NCBI GenBank assembly: GCA_051885305.1
Contig: JBJEWY010000071.1
Coordinates: forward strand, 5,361 to 69,360
Reading direction: 5' to 3'
DNA length: 64,000 bases
Origin: Succinivibrio sp.
Lineage (GTDB): Bacteria; Pseudomonadota; Gammaproteobacteria; Enterobacterales; Succinivibrionaceae
Below are positions 20,586 through 30,957 of the stretch, piece by piece. Position 1 is the first letter of the stretch; every line of letters begins with the position of its first letter. Under the pieces are notes generated by a model. The model was not told the DNA's origin, made no database searches, and was given only the letters and a program-made list of their open reading frames with translations. The translations under genes and the position numbers were made by a program.

Positions 20586-22028
20586 ATGAATCCTATGATT
20601 TGGGTCATCGATGACGATGCAAGTATCCGTTTCGTGTTTGACAAGGCGCTAGACGCTAACAACATTACCCACCGTCTTTTTGAAAACGGTGAGGCTGCTC
20701 TTGAGGCTTTAAAGGTTGAAACCCCTGATGTCATCGTATCTGACATCAAAATGCCTGGCATTGACGGTATTCAACTGGTAAAGGAAGTCCATGAGGTTGA
20801 TGAGCATATTCCTTTTATCATCATGACTGCCCACTCTGATCTTTCTGCTGCAATCGATGCTTACGAAGAAGGTTCATTTGAGTATCTGCCAAAACCATTT
20901 GATATTGAGCAGGCAATAAGTGTTATCAGAAGAGCTGCTGTTCATCGTGTAAACATGTTACAGATGCTTGATCAGAAACCTCACATCGAACAGCCGGTAA
21001 ACAATGATGGCTCAACATCTGAGGAAATTGAGATCATCGGTAAATCACCTGCAATGCAGGAAGTATTCAAATTCATCGGCAGAGTATCTAAAACTGATCT
21101 CCCTGTCCTTATTCATGGTGAAGTTGGAACTGGTCGCGGACAGGTAGCCAAAGCCCTTCACAATCACGGTGAAAGAAAGGGGCATAAGTTTGTATCACTT
21201 AATATGACATCCATTCCTCAGGAAATGGTCAAATATGAAATGTTTGGTGATGCTAGCAAGGATTTAAGCCAGAGCGCTATCGTAAAGGCTGACGGTGGTA
21301 CATTGTTCATCAATGAAATCAGTGACATGCCAATGGACTGCCAGAACAGACTTCTGCAACTGCTGCAGAAACAGGAATACTCACCTATCGGCTCAACCGC
21401 TCCTCTACATGCTGATGTAAGAATCATAGCTTCTACATCTCATGATCTCGAGCAGAAAATTGCAGAAGGCACATTCAATTCAGATCTCTACTACAGACTG
21501 AATATCATCAATATCAATATTCCACCTTTACGTGAACGCAACAATGATATTCCAATGCTTGCCAAGCACTTCCTTGCTCAAAGTGCAATTGACGGTCACA
21601 CAGAGCCTAAAAAACTGACATCTGAAGTGCTGGTATTCCTCTGCCGTCTGCCTTGGCCTGGAAACGTAAGACAGCTTAAGAATCTGTGCAAATACCTGAC
21701 CATCATGGTGACCGGAAGAGATATTCAGCTTGTTGATCTCCCATCAGAGTTCCTGCATGCTAACAGCAATCAGAACAAGACCTTGAATACCACAACTTCC
21801 CAAAACCGTGAGAATGCCACCTGGCAGGAGCTTTTAAGAAGCTGGGTCGATGGAAAGCTCAAAGCAGGTGAACACGATATTCTCACTGAAGCTGTACCTG
21901 AATTTGAAAGAGTTATGCTTGAGGCAACACTTACCTTTACTGGTAACCATAAACAGGAATCAGCAAAACTTTTAGGTTGGGGTAGAAATACATTGACACG
22001 AAAGATCAAAGAGTTAAATATCAACTGA
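20586..22028 (+). CDS. glnG: Nitrogen regulator NtrC with degenerate AAA+ domain (no GAFTGA)
   Basis: Receiver WVIDDDASIR..SDIKMPG, IIMTAHSDL, YLPKPFD; NtrC-specific HTH AKLLGWGRNTLTRKIKEL; follows glnL. Confidence 0.92.
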   Translation: MNPMIWVIDDDASIRFVFDKALDANNITHRLFENGEAALEALKVETPDVIVSDIKMPGIDGIQLVKEVHEVDEHIPFIIMTAHSDLSAAIDAYEEGSFEYLPKPFDIEQAISVIRRAAVHRVNMLQMLDQKPHIEQPVNNDGSTSEEIEIIGKSPAMQEVFKFIGRVSKTDLPVLIHGEVGTGRGQVAKALHNHGERKGHKFVSLNMTSIPQEMVKYEMFGDASKDLSQSAIVKADGGTLFINEISDMPMDCQNRLLQLLQKQEYSPIGSTAPLHADVRIIASTSHDLEQKIAEGTFNSDLYYRLNIININIPPLRERNNDIPMLAKHFLAQSAIDGHTEPKKLTSEVLVFLCRLPWPGNVRQLKNLCKYLTIMVTGRDIQLVDLPSEFLHANSNQNKTLNTTTSQNRENATWQELLRSWVDGKLKAGEHDILTEAVPEFERVMLEATLTFTGNHKQESAKLLGWGRNTLTRKIKELNIN

Positions 22029-22037
22029 TTCTGATAG

Positions 22038-22062
22038 AAACGCAGGTATAACCTGCGTTTTT
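22038..22062 (+). terminator. Intrinsic terminator after glnG
   Basis: aaacgcaggt/acctgcgttttt hairpin. Confidence 0.8.
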
Positions 22063-22160
22063 GTTTAAGTGGCGATACGCGCTTCACAAAAGAGAAAAGA
22101 TCTCTGATATATTTATTCGGTTATAACCTATTATCAAAGAGTAACTCTTGTGGAGGTATT

Positions 22161-22778
22161 ATGACTCAAACAAAGAATCACCCTGTCGTAGACAGCAATG
22201 ATATGATGCTTACCTTATGTCACAGTGTGGCAAGTGTTCTTACAACAGCAACAGGTAGCACAACCAAGTATGCACCATTAGTACAGAAAATCACAAAAAC
22301 ACTACTTACTCCAGATATTGGAACCTTTGTAATGTTTACCGGTTCTTTCTCAGGAATGGTTGTAATCAACTTCCCGAAAGATACCGCAATGGAACTGTAC
22401 ACAAGCTACATGAAAAACATGGGAATGTCAGATTCGGACATTGCCAAAAACTATACGTCTGATGAAGTAAGCAATACATTAGGTGAGCTGATGAACCAGA
22501 TCCTTGGTAACTTTACTCGCCAGATCAGTGAAGATTTGCATATAAGAATCGACCAGTCACAACCTAAAATGTTAGTATTACCACGTGAGGTGCAGATCAG
22601 CATTTCTGTAAACCTTGATAATCCGATTTTCGGTAAGGTAACATTCCATACTGAAAGTGGTAATGTTTTCTATGTAGAACTTGCAATGGATGACACCAGC
22701 TTCCTGGCAATTAAGGATATTGAACATAACTGCCAGCTTTCACCTGATGACATTCTTGAGCAATATCAACAGAATTAG
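22161..22778 (+). CDS. DUF3334 family protein (CheC/CheX-like fold)
   Basis: LCHSVASVL, FSGMVVINF, TSDEVSNTLGELMNQ (ExxN), FYVELAMD; family recalled from memory. Confidence 0.7.
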   Translation: MTQTKNHPVVDSNDMMLTLCHSVASVLTTATGSTTKYAPLVQKITKTLLTPDIGTFVMFTGSFSGMVVINFPKDTAMELYTSYMKNMGMSDSDIAKNYTSDEVSNTLGELMNQILGNFTRQISEDLHIRIDQSQPKMLVLPREVQISISVNLDNPIFGKVTFHTESGNVFYVELAMDDTSFLAIKDIEHNCQLSPDDILEQYQQN

Positions 22779-22784
22779 AGCTTA

Positions 22785-23432
22785 ATGACAGACATTATTA
22801 AAAAAAATGTCCTGAATTTTAGAGCAACAAAATTTGTAACCAGCGCCCCAGACATCTCAAAACTACCAGAGGATGCGGGCGCTGAGATTGCTATTATTGG
22901 CCGCTCAAATTCAGGAAAATCATCTTCCATCAACGCCATCTGTGATCAGAAAACACTGGCAAAAACAAGTCGCACTCCGGGAAGAACAAGACTTATCAAC
23001 CTGTTTAAGGTAAGTGACAGGAAATATCTTGTTGACCTTCCAGGTTATGGTTATGCCAAGGTTCCTGAGAACATGAAAAGACAGTGGCAACGCTCCATGA
23101 CAGAATATCTGCAACAGCGCAAATGCTTGTGCGGTCTTGTTGTAACCATGGATATTAGAACTCCTTTAAAGGATCATGACAGAATGATCATTGACTGGTC
23201 AATTGCTGCAAACCTTCCTTGCCTTATCCTTTTAACCAAAGCCGATAAATTCGGTGTCAACAAGCGCAAGGAAATGGTTGGTGAGGTAAAAGCCCAGCTC
23301 AGCGAGTTTGGTGGCAATTTCAAGATCATTGCTTTTTCAGCATTAAGAAAAATCGGTGTAGATGAAGTTCGTGAGGTTTTAGCCAACTGGTTTGAACTTT
23401 TCCATACAGATGCACCAGACCCAGAAGAATAG
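22785..23432 (+). CDS. engB: Ribosome biogenesis GTPase YihA/EngB
   Basis: GRSNSGKSS, SRTPGRT, VDLPGYGYA, TKADK. Confidence 0.95.
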   Translation: MTDIIKKNVLNFRATKFVTSAPDISKLPEDAGAEIAIIGRSNSGKSSSINAICDQKTLAKTSRTPGRTRLINLFKVSDRKYLVDLPGYGYAKVPENMKRQWQRSMTEYLQQRKCLCGLVVTMDIRTPLKDHDRMIIDWSIAANLPCLILLTKADKFGVNKRKEMVGEVKAQLSEFGGNFKIIAFSALRKIGVDEVREVLANWFELFHTDAPDPEE

Positions 23433-23458
23433 CAAAAAAAAAATAGAAATAAATAACT

Positions 23459-24076
23459 ATGTCAAAAGGCACACTTTTTATCGTATCAGCACCATCTGGT
23501 GCTGGAAAGTCATCTCTTATTGATGCTCTTTTAAAGAGGTTTAACCTCGATGACTCTTTAAGACTGTCTGTATCACATACCACCAGAGATCCAAGGCCTG
23601 GAGAGGTTGATCATGTAAGCTATCACTTTGTTGATAACACCGAGTTTGAAAGCATGATTGAACGTGGTGCATTCTATGAATATGCCAAGGTTTTTGACAA
23701 CTATTACGGCACTTCAAGAGAAATCGTTGAAAACTGGGTTAATGAAGGAAAGGATGTTCTTTTTGATATTGACTGGCAGGGTGCAAGACAGATCAGAAAA
23801 CAGACTCCTGAGGCCAAGAGTATTTTCATTATTCCGCCATCACTTGCAGAACTTGAGCGCAGACTGGTATCAAGAGGTACTGACAGTGCTGAAGTAATTG
23901 AAAAGAGAATGAACAAGGCCGTATCAGAGATTTCTCACTTTAATGAATACGATTATGTAATCATCAATGATAACTTTGATGAGAGTCTTTTACAGCTCAG
24001 ATCAATCATCCTAGCAAACAGAAATACCGAAGCAAAAATTGAGAATAAAGTAAAAGCACTGTTTGATTTGGACTAA
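23459..24076 (+). CDS. gmk: Guanylate kinase
   Basis: [35 protein letters not shown]. Confidence 0.96.
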   Translation: MSKGTLFIVSAPSGAGKSSLIDALLKRFNLDDSLRLSVSHTTRDPRPGEVDHVSYHFVDNTEFESMIERGAFYEYAKVFDNYYGTSREIVENWVNEGKDVLFDIDWQGARQIRKQTPEAKSIFIIPPSLAELERRLVSRGTDSAEVIEKRMNKAVSEISHFNEYDYVIINDNFDESLLQLRSIILANRNTEAKIENKVKALFDLD

Positions 24077-24346
24077 GGTTAAGCGATTAATCTCCTTTGA
24101 ATGTCAAAGCACCGTGTTTTTAGTGTATAATGGCCGGAAGTGCAAATGCGGCACGCCTGCCTTTAATCCATGCAAAACAGTTTTTTTTCTCAAATAATTG
24201 TTTGAGAGGTGTTTTGTTGACCTTAAAAGGCTGTATGCTATAAGCCGTGAGGCTTGATAAATTTGTTTTTAAATCAGTCGCAATAAAAAGACTGGTACCT
24301 ATTTTTTTCAGATCAGAAGATCTGATATTAACTGAAGGTAAATAAA

Positions 24347-24631
24347 ATGGCTAGAGTTACCGTTGAAGATGCAGTTTCAAAAGTTGGAAACCGTTTTGAT
24401 CTGGTTCTGCTTGCTGCACGCCGTGCACGTCAGATTTCTTCTGGCAGCAATCCACTTGTTGAAGAGGACAAGGATAAGCCAACCGTTATCGCTCTGCGTG
24501 AAATTGAAGAAGGTCTGATCACCAAGGAATTCCTTGATAAACAGGATCGCAAAGAGCACTTAAGAGACGTTTCTGTTTCTCCTGCCGACAATGAATTCGC
24601 TCCAATTGACGGCGTTGAAATGTTTAACTAA
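24347..24631 (+). CDS. rpoZ: RNA polymerase omega subunit
   Basis: [35 protein letters not shown]. Confidence 0.97.
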   Translation: MARVTVEDAVSKVGNRFDLVLLAARRARQISSGSNPLVEEDKDKPTVIALREIEEGLITKEFLDKQDRKEHLRDVSVSPADNEFAPIDGVEMFN

Positions 24632-24718
24632 TCTTGAGTGTTAACCGTTGATGTAAAACTTCGGTCAACATATAATTGATTTATCAACGATAAATCTTTT
24701 CATAGTTAGGGGATACAT

Positions 24719-26890
24719 ATGGGAGAAGAGCTTGACACCTTGATTCCCTCAGGCGAAGGAAAAACTCCGCTTGAGCAAGCTCTATCCTCCCCTAATTTTC
24801 AGTTTTATGTCCATTTAAGAGACATTCTTTCTCAGTACCTTCCAGACAAATCTCTAGACGTTATAGACAGAACGTTCTATGTGGCCGATTTTGCGCACAA
24901 AGCACAGAAACGAGCATCAGGTGAGCCTTACATCATCCATCCAATAGCCGTAGCCACCGTAATTGCACAGATGCATCTTGACGTTGAATCTGTTCAGGCA
25001 GCTCTTCTTCACGACGTTGTTGAAGACACTGAAATTACCGCTGAAATGCTAGCAAAGGAATTCGGTCAGACTGTAAACGAGCTGGTTCAGGGCGTAACCA
25101 AACTGGATAAACTGCGTTTCCATGATTACAAGGAAGCGCAGATGGAAAACTTCAGAAAGATGATCCTGGCTATGACCAAGGATATTCGTGTCATCCTTGT
25201 TAAATTAGCTGACCGTACACACAATATGCGCACCTTAGGTGCGCTTCGCCCTGACAAACGTGTAAGAATCGCCAAAGAAACTTTGGATGTATTCGTTCCA
25301 ATAGCAAACCGACTTGGCATTTCAGACGTCAGATCAGAACTTGAAGAACTGTGTATGGCATCTATCTATCCGATGCGCTACAGAGTATTAAAGGCCGCTG
25401 TCACCAGAGCAAGAAACAACCGCAAGGAAGTGGTCACAAACATACTTGAGGCAATTAAGAACCGCCTTAAAGAAGCAAAAATTGATGCTGTTGTCTTCGG
25501 CAGAGAGAAAAGACTCTATTCAATTTACCGCAAAATGGTCAATAAGGAACTGCAGTTCCGTGAGATTATGGATGTATACGGATTTCGTATCATCCTCAAG
25601 GATGTTGATACCTGTTACCGTGTATTAGGCCAGGTACACAATCTGTTCAAACCAAGACCAAATGGTTTTAAAGATTACATTGCAATTCCAAAATTAAACG
25701 GATACCAGTCGCTGCATACCTCTCTTTTAGGACCTCATGCAGTACCAATTGAAATCCAGATAAGAACCGAACTTATGGATCAGATGGCTGCTCGCGGTGT
25801 TGCAGCTCACTGGGCCTACAAGGAAAACGGTTCAAAGGCTGTCTCCTCAGCCTCTCAGAAAAATGCTCAGGACTGGATTAAAAACCTGATTGATTTACAG
25901 CAGAGTGCTGGCTCTTCAATGGAATTTGTTGAGGATGTAAAAACCGATCTCTTCCCAGATTCAATCTTTGTATTTACTCCAGACGGCACTATCTACAATC
26001 TTCCAAAAGGATCTACCCCTGTTGATTTTGCTTATGCGTTGCACTCTGATATCGGTCAGCACTGCATCGGTGCCAGAGTTAATCACCATGTATTCCCGCT
26101 GTCTAGATCATTAAGTTCTGGACAGTCAGTTGAGATTATTACCGCAAAAACCGCCTGTCCTAATGCCATCTGGCTGTCTACCGTAGTTACATCAAAGGCC
26201 AGATCCTGCATAAGACAGTATCTCAAAGGTTTAAGAGCACAGGAATGCGAACTTATTGGCAGACGCTTACTGCAGAATACTCTGCGCTCTGTAAGAATTG
26301 AGACTCTGACTCAGGAGCAGATTGACAATATCCTCAAGAACTTCAACGAGCCTGATCTTAACCACCTTTTCTGTGATATTGCTGTTGGCAACATCCTGAC
26401 TGTTGCCGTAACAAAATTCCTTGATCCAGAATCTCATCACCATGAATTACCTGTAATGGGCACTGGTGGAATGCCATTTACTTTTGCACAGTGCTGTATG
26501 CCTATTCCAGGCGACGATATCATTGCACACATAGCAAAAGGATCTGGCATAGTTATTCACAGTGTAAACTGTAAGAATCTAAGAGAATCTGACAGGGTTC
26601 CAGGCAAGAGTCTTAAAGTCAGCTGGAATTATGCTGTCACTGCCAATATGGACTTTAAGAGCTGTATTGTCATTGAACTTGAGAACAGACAGGGTATTGT
26701 TTCAGAAATCTCAGCTGCTGTAGATCTTGCAAGCTCAAAGATTGAAAGCATCAATTCAGAGATGAAGGATGAAAAGACTTTTATAATGTCTCTTGTACTC
26801 TCCGTTCGGGATAGACTGCACCTTTCAAGAGTCATGCGCCGTATAAAAGCGGTGCCAAATGTGATATCGATCTACAGGCGCCGTTCCTGA
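24719..26890 (+). CDS. spoT: Bifunctional (p)ppGpp synthetase/hydrolase
   Basis: SGEPYIIHP, LLHDVVED (intact HD), GYQSLHT, EIQIRT, TGS domain TPVDFAY; follows rpoZ. Confidence 0.95.
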   Translation: MGEELDTLIPSGEGKTPLEQALSSPNFQFYVHLRDILSQYLPDKSLDVIDRTFYVADFAHKAQKRASGEPYIIHPIAVATVIAQMHLDVESVQAALLHDVVEDTEITAEMLAKEFGQTVNELVQGVTKLDKLRFHDYKEAQMENFRKMILAMTKDIRVILVKLADRTHNMRTLGALRPDKRVRIAKETLDVFVPIANRLGISDVRSELEELCMASIYPMRYRVLKAAVTRARNNRKEVVTNILEAIKNRLKEAKIDAVVFGREKRLYSIYRKMVNKELQFREIMDVYGFRIILKDVDTCYRVLGQVHNLFKPRPNGFKDYIAIPKLNGYQSLHTSLLGPHAVPIEIQIRTELMDQMAARGVAAHWAYKENGSKAVSSASQKNAQDWIKNLIDLQQSAGSSMEFVEDVKTDLFPDSIFVFTPDGTIYNLPKGSTPVDFAYALHSDIGQHCIGARVNHHVFPLSRSLSSGQSVEIITAKTACPNAIWLSTVVTSKARSCIRQYLKGLRAQECELIGRRLLQNTLRSVRIETLTQEQIDNILKNFNEPDLNHLFCDIAVGNILTVAVTKFLDPESHHHELPVMGTGGMPFTFAQCCMPIPGDDIIAHIAKGSGIVIHSVNCKNLRESDRVPGKSLKVSWNYAVTANMDFKSCIVIELENRQGIVSEISAAVDLASSKIESINSEMKDEKTFIMSLVLSVRDRLHLSRVMRRIKAVPNVISIYRRRS

Positions 26891-26942
26891 TATTGCCATT
26901 CATGCAATTTTTAACCTATATTCAAAGTAGTTACTGATATAT

Positions 26943-27917
26943 ATGGTTAAAAAAATGAACAGATATACCAAAGCCTTCCTTAACGTTGACTCATACGTTG
27001 CCAAGCACGATGAAATTGAAAGACTTTACCGCTCAAGTGTGGAGATCATAAATTTCACAACCCCTGACGGACTGACGCTTGTAGCTGCCAGATTAAATGT
27101 AGAAAATGCTAAAGACAGGCTGGTAATTATTCCAGGTCGCGGAGAAATTCCTCATAAGTTCGCTGAATTCTTTTATACACTCAGCGAACTGAAAATCTCG
27201 GCAGTGGTTATATTTGCTAGAGGCCAGTATCTCTCTTCTAGGATCCTGCAGGATAAAAACAAATGCCATATTGATAAATTTGAGAATTTCTCAAAAGACA
27301 TAAGTTTTGTTTTAGATGAACTAAAAATCCGTGACTACAAACTGTTGGCATTCTCTTTAGGAGGTCTGATATCTCTTGATATTATCGTCAACGGAAAGAA
27401 TAAACCATCAAGAGCGGCCTTGATTTCCCCTTATCTGTGGCCTCACTTCAAACTCAGAAAATCAGTTTTAAGGGCTGTAATTACTTTCTTTGGTACTATG
27501 CCAGGTCTCAGTACCATGTATACACCTCATGGAAGCACCTACAAAAGAGTTCCTTTTGAGGAAAACAACCATGCGCACTGCAAAGAACGTTACAACTATT
27601 ATCACGACTATTTTGCGCTCCATCCAAACTATACCATTGGAGGACCAACATTCCACTTCGTAAAAGAGTGCCTAAAAAAACAGTTGCAACTTAAAGCTGC
27701 AAAATTTGAATTCCCAATTCCTGTCTACTGTCAGTCAAGCGGTGATGATCAGGTAGTTTCCACTCCTGACGCTCAAGAATTTTTTGAGCAGCATAAAAAC
27801 GATCCGATAAAGCCTCGTTTTGAGATAGTAGATGGAGCTTGGCATGACGTCATCAATGAAACAGACAATTACCGTACCCCTATGATGGCTAATGCGCTTA
27901 AATTCTTATTTGGATAG
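26943..27917 (+). CDS. pldB: Alpha/beta hydrolase, lysophospholipase L2-like
   Basis: PGRGE, RGQ.LS.R, nucleophile AFSLGG, GGPT, D and H triad residues (GDDQVV, GAWHD). Confidence 0.65.
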   Translation: MVKKMNRYTKAFLNVDSYVAKHDEIERLYRSSVEIINFTTPDGLTLVAARLNVENAKDRLVIIPGRGEIPHKFAEFFYTLSELKISAVVIFARGQYLSSRILQDKNKCHIDKFENFSKDISFVLDELKIRDYKLLAFSLGGLISLDIIVNGKNKPSRAALISPYLWPHFKLRKSVLRAVITFFGTMPGLSTMYTPHGSTYKRVPFEENNHAHCKERYNYYHDYFALHPNYTIGGPTFHFVKECLKKQLQLKAAKFEFPIPVYCQSSGDDQVVSTPDAQEFFEQHKNDPIKPRFEIVDGAWHDVINETDNYRTPMMANALKFLFG

Positions 27918-27991
27918 TAGATTTTTGATCATCTTCCAAGTTAGTTATACAATACCTGATAATTAACATTTGCTACTATCAGGTATTTTTC

Positions 27992-29134
27992 ATGTCAGAC
28001 AATACAGAATTTTCAAACGAGGAAAAAATCCCCGTAAATATCATTACAGGATTTTTAGGCAGTGGCAAAACCACTTTATTAAATCATTGGGTAAACAGTG
28101 AGGATTTTAAGGATACACTGGTACTTATTAATGAATTTGGTGATGTAGGACTTGATCATGAGCTGGTAGAATCTGTTGATTCCTCAGTGGTACTTCTGCA
28201 GTCAGGTTGTATCTGCTGTTCTCTGCAGGGGGCTCTTGTAGACAGTCTTGCTGTGAACTACGTCAAGTCACAGCGGGGTGAAATTCCAAAATTCAAACGC
28301 GTGATCATTGAAACAACTGGTCTTGCAGATCCATCTGGAGTGATCACAACCTTAAGCGGTGACGATTTCCTTCTTGAACATTACTATCATGACGGAACCA
28401 TTACTGTTTTAGATGCTGTCAATGTAAGAGAACAGATTAAAAAGCAGTATGAGGCAGTAAAGCAGGTAGCCCTTGCCGATATTATTATCGTAAGTAAAAC
28501 TGATCTTACTGATTCAGATGAAATTGATGCAATTTATGAAGTCGCTGAGAAGATCAATCCATCTGCAAAACTGTATCCTGCAGTAAAGGGCAAGATCTCT
28601 CCAAAAATCATTTTAGAGGTTGGGCCTTACAAAGATCACAATCTTGAATATGACAGCAAGGTAAAAAGCTGGCTTAATATTAAAAAACCTGCTGCTAATC
28701 TTGCTTCATCATTCAGACCTGCAACCGTTACTGGTGAGGTTGGTGTTGCCAAACGCAAGATCATTGCTCATTCAGACATTGACTCTTTTGCACTTGAATA
28801 TGATGAGCCTATTGAGGCCTTAACCCTGCTTGCTGCCATTTCTCAGGTCTCACAGCAGTATGGTGATTCTATCTTAAGAATTAAGGGTATTCTTGATCTA
28901 AAAGGTCAGGACAAACCTGTAGTGATCCATGGTGTTTTAGGTAATTTATATCCGTTATCCGAGCTTAACAGCTGGCCTTCAGGCTCAAAAAAATCGCAAC
29001 TTGTCTTTATCTGCAGAGCCTCAGTAATTGAACAGATTAAGCATATGCTTAACGAAATCATGACTAACAGTGATGAAGCTACCTTGAGCTACTATCAGCA
29101 GATGCTCGATAATATTGAAAGAGAAGATTACTGA
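27992..29134 (+). CDS. CobW/COG0523 (G3E) metal-chaperone GTPase
   Basis: ITGFLGSGKTT, INEFG, GCICC, ETTGLADP, ILRIKG. Confidence 0.92.
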   Translation: MSDNTEFSNEEKIPVNIITGFLGSGKTTLLNHWVNSEDFKDTLVLINEFGDVGLDHELVESVDSSVVLLQSGCICCSLQGALVDSLAVNYVKSQRGEIPKFKRVIIETTGLADPSGVITTLSGDDFLLEHYYHDGTITVLDAVNVREQIKKQYEAVKQVALADIIIVSKTDLTDSDEIDAIYEVAEKINPSAKLYPAVKGKISPKIILEVGPYKDHNLEYDSKVKSWLNIKKPAANLASSFRPATVTGEVGVAKRKIIAHSDIDSFALEYDEPIEALTLLAAISQVSQQYGDSILRIKGILDLKGQDKPVVIHGVLGNLYPLSELNSWPSGSKKSQLVFICRASVIEQIKHMLNEIMTNSDEATLSYYQQMLDNIEREDY

Positions 29135-29149
29135 TAATTATTTTTTGTG

Positions 29150-29204
29150 GGGCAGGATTTTCCTGCCTTTAAGATTATAAAACCCGGAACATGTTCCGGG
29201 TTTT
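29150..29204. terminator. Hairpins between the convergent CobW-family gene and ompA; bidirectional terminator
   Basis: ggcagga/tcctgcc and aaaacccggaac/gttccgggtttt. Confidence 0.8.
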
Positions 29205-29225
29205 GTTATTATAACGAGCTATAAA

Positions 29226-30272
29226 TTACTGCTCTTCAACATGCTCAGTAGTGGTATCGCCAGTTACTACGATCTCAACACGACGATCTGGAGATAAGCA
29301 GTCAATAAGAGCTGCACGGCCCTTAACAGAATCACACTTGGTGCCAGTTACAGGTGATGATTTGCCACGACCTTCTGAAGCCTTGACAGTGTTTACGCCG
29401 TCAGCAACAAGCTCTGAGGTAACTGCATCTGCACGCTTCTGTGATAACTTCTGATTGTATGCATCAGAACCAATGCGATCGGTATAACCGTAAACCTCAA
29501 ACTCTGTATTCTCAAACTTCTTTGAAGACTCAACAACTTCTGCTACAGCCTTCTTGCCTTCTGCAGAAATGGTTGAACCGTCGAATGGGAAGAGAAGACC
29601 TGCAGCCAGGCTGTGGTTCTCAGTTACACGAATAACAGTCTTAGTCTTTGGTGCAGGAGCAGCTACTGGAGCAGGAGCTGGGGCAGCACCGAAGTTATAC
29701 TGTAAACCTAAATATAAAAGGCCAGAGTTGATCTTGTCTGGTCTGTTTTCTGAACGAACAGTATTTAACAGGTAGTCATAACCAGCACGGATAGCAAGTG
29801 ACTTGTTAACAGCCCACTGACCGCCGATACCAAATACGGCACCAACCTTGTCTTTAGCATCACTGTAGCCGTTTACCCAGTTATAGGTAGGACCAACCTT
29901 GAAGAATACATCTGAACCATTTGCATCAATTGGCAGAGCAAAACGGCCGTATACAGAAGCAACATCAGTATGAACATTGCTCTTCTTGAAACCGTCATTG
30001 ATCTTGACACCTTTCAGGTAGTCATAGCTTACGCCTAAACCAAACCAGTCAGTGAAGTTGTATTCACCATCAAGCTTAATGTCAAAACCATTCTTATCGC
30101 TTACTTCGCTCTTGTAAGTGAAACCTCTAGAATCAACACCAAGACCGAAATCTGAATCGAATGCATGCTGCCAGCCACCAGCAATACCGGTTGACCAACT
30201 GCCTTCTACAGCTGCATTAGCTGAAAATACAACAGTAGATGCAAGAACCAAAGCTAAAAACTTAGTCTTCAT
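29226..30272 (-). CDS. ompA: Outer membrane protein A
   Basis: Signal peptide, beta-barrel, Ala-Pro hinge, GYTDRIGSDAYNQKLS..RA and LIDCLSPDRRVEI. Confidence 0.93.
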   Translation of the reverse strand: MKTKFLALVLASTVVFSANAAVEGSWSTGIAGGWQHAFDSDFGLGVDSRGFTYKSEVSDKNGFDIKLDGEYNFTDWFGLGVSYDYLKGVKINDGFKKSNVHTDVASVYGRFALPIDANGSDVFFKVGPTYNWVNGYSDAKDKVGAVFGIGGQWAVNKSLAIRAGYDYLLNTVRSENRPDKINSGLLYLGLQYNFGAAPAPAPVAAPAPKTKTVIRVTENHSLAAGLLFPFDGSTISAEGKKAVAEVVESSKKFENTEFEVYGYTDRIGSDAYNQKLSQKRADAVTSELVADGVNTVKASEGRGKSSPVTGTKCDSVKGRAALIDCLSPDRRVEIVVTGDTTTEHVEEQ

Positions 30273-30484
30273 ATTTATTCCCTCATTAATAAATAATGCA
30301 CATATGGTATCAAAAATGCCTTAGTACATTATTATCAAATGATTAACTATCTGATTTTTTAAACCTTTAATCAGATAATAAGTAACATTTTATTACCAAT
30401 ATCTGACTTTTCGAGGGTTATTTTAGCACTTTTTGAAATTTTCAAAGCATAAAATGAAAAAGTTTTTCATATTAATGCAAAAAT

Positions 30485-30511
30485 AAAGCCCAGATTTCTC
30501 TGGGCCTTTTT
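30485..30511 (-). terminator. Intrinsic terminator after rpmG
   Basis: gcccaga/tctgggc hairpin flanked by A/T runs. Confidence 0.75.
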
Positions 30512-30538
30512 ATAAACTTTTGCAAAAGTTCATCAAGA

Positions 30539-30709
30539 TTACTTGATCTTGCCTTCTTTGTACAGAACGTGCTGGCGAACAACTGGATCGAACTTCATAA
30601 TTTCCATCTTACCTGGAGTAGTACGACGGTTCTTATCAGTTGTGTAGAAGTGACCTGTACCTGCAGTTGAATTTAAACGGATCTTTTCACGACCGCCTTT
30701 CTTAGCCAT
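30539..30709 (-). CDS. rpmG: 50S ribosomal protein L33 (56 aa; missing from the ORF track)
   Basis: Hand translation [56 protein letters not shown]; AGGAG SD; follows rpmB. Confidence 0.97.
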   Translation of the reverse strand: MAKKGGREKIRLNSTAGTGHFYTTDKNRRTTPGKMEIMKFDPVVRQHVLYKEGKIK

Positions 30710-30720
30710 TTTGGTCTCCT

Positions 30721-30957
30721 TTATACTCTAACGCCGTTTGCGCGAATATCTGCTAATACGGCATCAATGCCTTTCTTATCGATAATACGCATAGCCTTGG
30801 TGGTGACACGCAATCTTACGAAGCGGCCTTCACTCTCGACCCAGAAACGGTGATACTTTAAGTTAGGAAGAAAACGACGCTTAGCCGCATTCTTTGCGTG
30901 GGAACGAAGATTACCCACTGCTGGGCGCTTGCCCGTAACTTGGCAAACTCTGGACAT
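30721..30957 (-). CDS. rpmB: 50S ribosomal protein L28
   Basis: [18 protein letters not shown]...RRFLPNL. Confidence 0.97.
   Translation of the reverse strand: MSRVCQVTGKRPAVGNLRSHAKNAAKRRFLPNLKYHRFWVESEGRFVRLRVTTKAMRIIDKKGIDAVLADIRANGVRV

Noticed and set aside
24677-24688. TTGAT-TT-ATCAA palindrome before spoT as an FNR site
   Set aside because: The spacer is 2 nt instead of the required 4
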